Assembly: GCA_951406725.2 (NCBI GenBank)
Contig: OX597818.1
Coordinates: 87,854,001 to 87,918,000 of the forward strand
Source: Octopus vulgaris
Taxonomy: Eukaryota
DNA: 64,000 bases
Direction: 5' to 3'
The stretch's first letter is position 1. Each line of letters begins with the position of its first letter. Under the pieces are notes generated by a model. It saw only the letters and a program-made list of their open reading frames with translations, did not search any database and was not told the DNA's origin. Positions 58,500-64,000 of the stretch are shown in pieces. The position numbers and the translations under genes were made by a program.

Positions 58500-59630
58500 A
58501 TTTTGAGCTCAAATTTCGCCGAGGTTGACTTTGCCTGTTATCCTTTCGGCATCGGGGTTCATGTAATTGAGTATCTTCTTTCTCCTCAAAATTGCTGATC
58601 TAGTACCAAAACTCGAAGTTGCTGTATGTATGGCATATCTATTTTATGTTGTCTGTGATTTCTGCCGTATTTCTAAGCCACTTGAGAATTTACATGGTTA
58701 TATTGATATGAAACGGGAAGACTGCGCGCTGGCAGAAGCGTTAGTACGCCAGGCAAAATGTTTAGCGGCATTTCTTTCGTCATTAGGTTCTGAATTAAAA
58801 TTCTTGTTTTCGATTCTTTTGGGGTCAAGAAAGTAAGTCGCATTTGCGCACTGGAATCGATGTAATCGATTAGCCCTACCCTCCAAAATGTTAAACTCTG
58901 TGTCTATAATAGAATGTTAAAATGAAGTGTGAGCGTGTGTGCTTGAGAGAGGAAGAGAGATAGAGAGTGCGTGGTGGGGGAAAACGAATTCTCCTTCAGA
59001 ATTCCTCCAGCTAAACCGATACTTTTGGATTTGGCAGAACACGGCTGTTTTCTTTTTCAAAATTACCAATGTTTTCCATTTTGTGCTCTGATACTTTAAA
59101 AAATCTTTATACAGGAAGGAAGGCAATATTAGAGACCCTCGGAAACGAGTCCGAAGAATAAAGGTGTCTTCAGACGGTAGACTTGACCTGAGTGTCTGTA
59201 AGTGGACACCGCTAGAGGCACTAGAGGTGTCCTGTGGTGGTGTTAAATCGAGCTATGGGTTAAGTCTACTAATCAAGTAAGGCATGGCTAGATTTGAACT
59301 CAGAGTACGAAGAGCGGAACAAATACCACAAGGCATCCAGTCCTATATTTCAGCCCATGGAGGATTTGCACTTTATCGAACCGAAAAGACTGAAGTGAAA
59401 AGTTGACCTCATCAGGATTTGAACTCCGAACGCAAAGAGCGGGAAAGAAATAGCATAAGGAATCCCGTACAACGTTCTTACACGCCATTCTGCCATTCTA
59501 CAATCTTTGATTAGAACCTTATTTTATCGATCCAAAAGAATGAAAATAAAACTGACCTAGGTAGAATTTGAACTCGGTACAGAGAGACCTGGAATAATCG
59601 TGAAGAATATTACCGAAATTCTAACGACTC
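58500..59630. mobile_element. Several old, diverged SINE A copies (58500-58610 +, 58725-58915 +, 59290-59630 -)
   Basis: Degenerate CAAATT.CGCCGAGGTTGACTTTGCC / GATTTGAACTC.GAAC motifs. Confidence 0.7.
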
Positions 59631-60010
59631 TGACTCTTGTTGACTCTGCTTGTTTGATAATATTTGACTGTAACTCATGTTGCTATTCTCTCTACCTAAA
59701 AGGTATCCTATGTGCTCACGTGTTATTTCACCGGGCGATGTTAATTTATATATTTCTTACCAATGTTTGTAAATCTCTTCTTTTTTTTAGCTGCTTTCAG
59801 AGCTTGAGAAAAGATTTATCATTATTTTCATTTTGTTTTACTTTATTTTATTTTTAATACGTAGGATGTATGACAATTGATATTCAGTTATCATTGTTTT
59901 GTTATTGTATAGATTGTATCATGCATAGTATATATGGTACAGCGTGGGATATACATACATACGTTCATACATACGTCCAGATATGCATGTATGTATATAT
60001 ACATAGATAC

Positions 60011-60063
<53 letters not shown>

Positions 60064-60275
60064 CACACATCGAGTATAACGATAAGTGAAATGCACATAT
60101 TATCACAACTTACGATATTATGGAAGAAATAAACGTCAAACCTCCATTTTCAACTAAGTAAAATATATAAAATATGGTTCCTGTGGTGAGTGAAAAAGAC
60201 AAGAGAAACAGTTATCCTTATTTATTGATATTGTTATTATCATCATAATATCTAAAATATTTATTTATTTATTTA

Positions 60276-60339
<64 letters not shown>

Positions 60340-60466
60340 TAAATAAATAAATATATATCCGTATCCATATATTGTATCCTCTTTCTATACATGTAAATAT
60401 ATACATATACATACATATATACATACATGCATACATATATATATATATGCATACATATACATACGC

Positions 60467-60518
<52 letters not shown>

Positions 60519-61389
60519 ATGAGATTTGTCCCAAGGGAAACGGGGAATTGAAAAACAAAAGAAAATTTCTGTACCAATACTTATACACCGCTACGTTTTT
60601 TTTCTACTTGCTTTGGAATGTCACGTGAAAGCGTGATTTCGTGTATCGAGCAGATGTTCAATTATATATGTTTCTTTAGCCCAACCTGTTTAATAAAGGA
60701 TAGAATCCGAGATGCTAAACGGAGATAGTCGGCTCTGTCGAAAGCTTTGGATTAATTTATCAAAGTTAGAAATGTTTCTAACAATCTTTGCGATGTATTT
60801 ATTGTCTGGATAATAAATTTGCAGAGATCGCTGGAGTATATAAAGGACTGGTAAACCTACTGACGACAAGTTTTCTGTCCTTTTTGCAGTTTCTTCACTC
60901 CTATGTATAACATGTATACAGCAGTGTTACGGGCCTGAAATTATCAGTGTCGCCTCGTTAATTCACTTTCTTCTTCAGTTGTGTCTTAAGCAACAGAATT
61001 TACACAACTAGGAATGCATTTAGTTTGTTGTCAGTTGGAATGGACCTCTCTAGTGACAGGAGATAACAAATCTGGACATGCGAATGTAAAAGCTAGAGAA
61101 CAGACCATCCAAATCCAGTGAGTTGTATCGAGCACAAGCACAGAAACTCCCCTTGTTGTTAGTCTTTCATAGCAATTCCTTTCTCATGCTGAAAATCTCA
61201 TCATCTTAAAAGACCAGAAGCAAAATTATGGCTTTATTGCCACTTGTATCTGTTGAAAAGGTTCCAGATACCATGAAATCGATAATTATGACTTTTAAAA
61301 ATAAAACAAAATAACAAAACAAAAAAAAGCAAACAATTCCAGGGTAATAACACTTTTAAGTACAATATATTCAAAAGAAAGAAAAATGA

Positions 61390-61690
61390 AGGCGTGTGCA
61401 TTAGAGGTCTTCGGCTGACGATCGTAAAGCTGCGAGTTCGACTCCTGGCGGCGCGTTGTGCATTTTCAAGAAGACATTTTATTCAGTTTGCTCCAGTCCA
61501 TTCAGCTGGTTAAAATGAGTTGTACTTGTAATTAAAAGGGTCGAGATGATCATATTCTGTGGCACAGGGAATCTCCTTGACAGCTACGTTAAGGGTACGC
61601 ATGTCTGTGGAGCGCTCAGCCACTTGCACGTTAATTTCACGATCGTATCAACCGGAACACTCGACATTGTAATCGATGGAGAGCCAGGCT
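61390..61690 (+). mobile_element. tRNA-derived SINE (as 42115-42440)
   Basis: GAGTTCGACTCC B box; TGCTCCAGTCCA.TCAGCTGG; CACTTGCACGTTAATTTCACG. Confidence 0.8.
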
Positions 61691-61714
61691 ATATCTAAAA
61701 ATGGGGGTGATAAG

Positions 61715-61850
61715 ATCTGAAGGGCATCCAGCCGTAGAAACCATGCCAAATCAGACTGGCGTCTGGTGCTGTCACTCAGCTTGACAGCCCTAGTCAAATC
61801 GTCCAACCCATGTTAATATGAACAACGGACGTTAAATAATGATGATGATG
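61715..61850 (+). mobile_element. SINE family F 3' fragment
   Basis: GAAGGGCATCCAGCCGTAGAAACC...CGGACGTTAAA(TGA)n. Confidence 0.8.
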
Positions 61851-62444
61851 CTTTCAAGAATATTTCTGGAGCATCTTCTTGTAGGTATATAATTGAAAAG
61901 TAAACGTTTTGAAACGTGCTTACAACAGCCGGACATTTCAGATCTTTCCTTTAATTCATCAATATCTTGATATAGAATTATTAATTTCTGACTCAAAGCT
62001 TGTGGCGTAAATTTGAACGAAAGTGACCACATATAAAAGACAAGCATGTGCAACAATTAGTTTGCTTAATTTAAACATGCTTGGAATGGCTTTGAGAATT
62101 AACGAATGTATTGATAACAGTGGAGTTGAAGTTGGTTCATGGTCAAACCAATACAACCTATAAGTGTACGGTCATTAACTGTTTGACCTTCAGCACAAGA
62201 TTTTAAGGCTTTTGAAAGACATTTATTACTAAGGTGACAATTATTGCTTACAATACCATTACAGGTCATGGTATGTTATTTTTCTTGGAAAAGGCTTCCG
62301 GTATTGAAATGTTTAATTGAGCTTATAATGTTCTCGCCATCAGTAGAGCTATAATGTATATAGGCCAATTTCATCATTGTTACAATAACGTAAAACCCGA
62401 AACAATAACGCGTTAGAAACAAGGAAACAATGACAGTGCTAGAA

Positions 62445-62468
62445 ATAATAATAATGATGATGATGATG

Positions 62469-62559
<91 letters not shown>

Positions 62560-62652
62560 GGAAGATTAATGATAACAACAACAGCAAAAAACAACACCAA
62601 CAACTATAAGAACAATGACTGAATAGCCAAATACAATATGTACGAATATACG

Positions 62653-62701
<49 letters not shown>

Positions 62702-63232
62702 ATGTATATGTATATGTATGTATATATATATGTGTGTTTGTGTGTATATATATATATATATATTTACAAACATATTTACAGGGATATACACACATACATA
62801 CGTGTATGCATGCATACATACATACATACATACATACATACATACATACATACATACATACATACACACATACATACATGCAAGCATAGACATCGCAGCT
62901 GCAATAGCGAATAGTAAAGGAGAGGCCTAGAAAACAAGACAGCGTCCAACAATAACGGAGACAATGCACCATAGATAATTCTGATATAATGAAGCTGATA
63001 GGAGATTTCTTAATTATTCATTAGTTGATTATTAAATTGGCTGTAATGATAAGGTCACTGAAGAGATTGGATAGGGGGAAGTTTGTAAGGTAGGGCTGAT
63101 ATAACGTGGGTGGACAGAACATCAATACAAGAATATATATATACATATATACAATACAAGAATATATATATTTACGTATTTATTCATTCATAACATAATG
63201 CTGACTATAACTATTCTGTATATATCAATATT

Positions 63233-63308
<76 letters not shown>

Positions 63309-63345
63309 CCTACCTACCTACCTACCTACCTACCTACCTACCTAC

Positions 63346-63432
<87 letters not shown>

Positions 63433-63531
63433 AATTTTGCATCAGGCGATGCCGATGTTACAATTTTACCTCGCTTTCTCTAAGTTATATATATCAGTGT
63501 GCGGTGTGAGTATGGGAGGACGCATGAGCGG

Positions 63532-63589
<58 letters not shown>

Positions 63590-63654
63590 TTGTTCTATAT
63601 ATCTTTATTTGTAAACACATACACATACATACATATATGTATATACACACACAC

Positions 63655-63709
<55 letters not shown>

Positions 63710-63720
63710 CACCTACACAT
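62445..63720. repeat. (AAT)n, (TA)n, (CATA)n, (TATC)n/(CCTA)n and (CA)n microsatellites
   Basis: Direct. Confidence 0.9.
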
Positions 63721-63942
63721 ACAGGAAACAATATGCGATGGTCGCTGCTGGAATACCTTTGATCATATTTTCAATCAAGGCGTACCTGATCACATGGGGC
63801 AAAATTCAGCGAGAACAATTGCAGGAAAGATTACGATGCGCTTAATGAGAAAGAAAATATCAAGTGCCTACCTTTGTTTCGAAGACAATGGAATTTTTAG
63901 AAGGGTTGTTTTGTTCGGATTATGAGATGTTACAAATCTAAT

Positions 63943-64000
63943 GCGGTGAGCTGACAGAATCGTTAGCGCGTCGGACAAAATATTTAGTAGTATCTCGTTT
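63943..64000 (+). mobile_element. SINE family A head cut by the window end
   Basis: GCGGTGAGCTGACAGAATCGTTAGCGCG. Confidence 0.75.

Noticed and set aside
60880-61125. Possible exon(s) bounded by TTTTTGCAG / TTCTTCAG and GTGAGT
   Set aside because: No recognisable reading frame or homology; such sites are frequent by chance in AT-rich DNA

Overview
This window is AT-rich eukaryotic DNA saturated with microsatellites and transposons. The repeat families look like those of an octopod cephalopod, probably Octopus (inferred from my recognition of the SINE families, not from a search). No intact host protein-coding gene is recognisable, and almost all long ORFs in the track are microsatellite translations. 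Recognisable content: (1) several tRNA-derived SINE families in many copies, including concatemers and a 67-bp tandem array built from a SINE head; (2) a decayed Gypsy LTR-retrotransposon internal region (21.9-27.0 kb, minus strand) with a tRNA-Trp primer-binding site and two SINE insertions; (3) mariner elements: one full-length pseudogenised copy, one truncated copy, one internally deleted copy and MITEs; (4) a hAT-type MITE; (5) R4/Dong-type LINE pieces sitting in (TAA)n arrays; (6) RTE fragments and two zinc-knuckle ORF1 remnants. The most unusual signal is a set of hammerhead-ribozyme motifs. One is a textbook minimal type I hammerhead at 44400-44444 within a ~235-bp hairpin-rich, retrozyme-like unit. 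Another lies in the tail of a tRNA-headed SINE that also has a Penelope-style inverted partial copy. Several degenerate motifs occur in other fold-back repeats. A few weak host promoter or exon candidates are flagged. Family labels A-F are my own working names, and boundaries of degenerate repeats are approximate.
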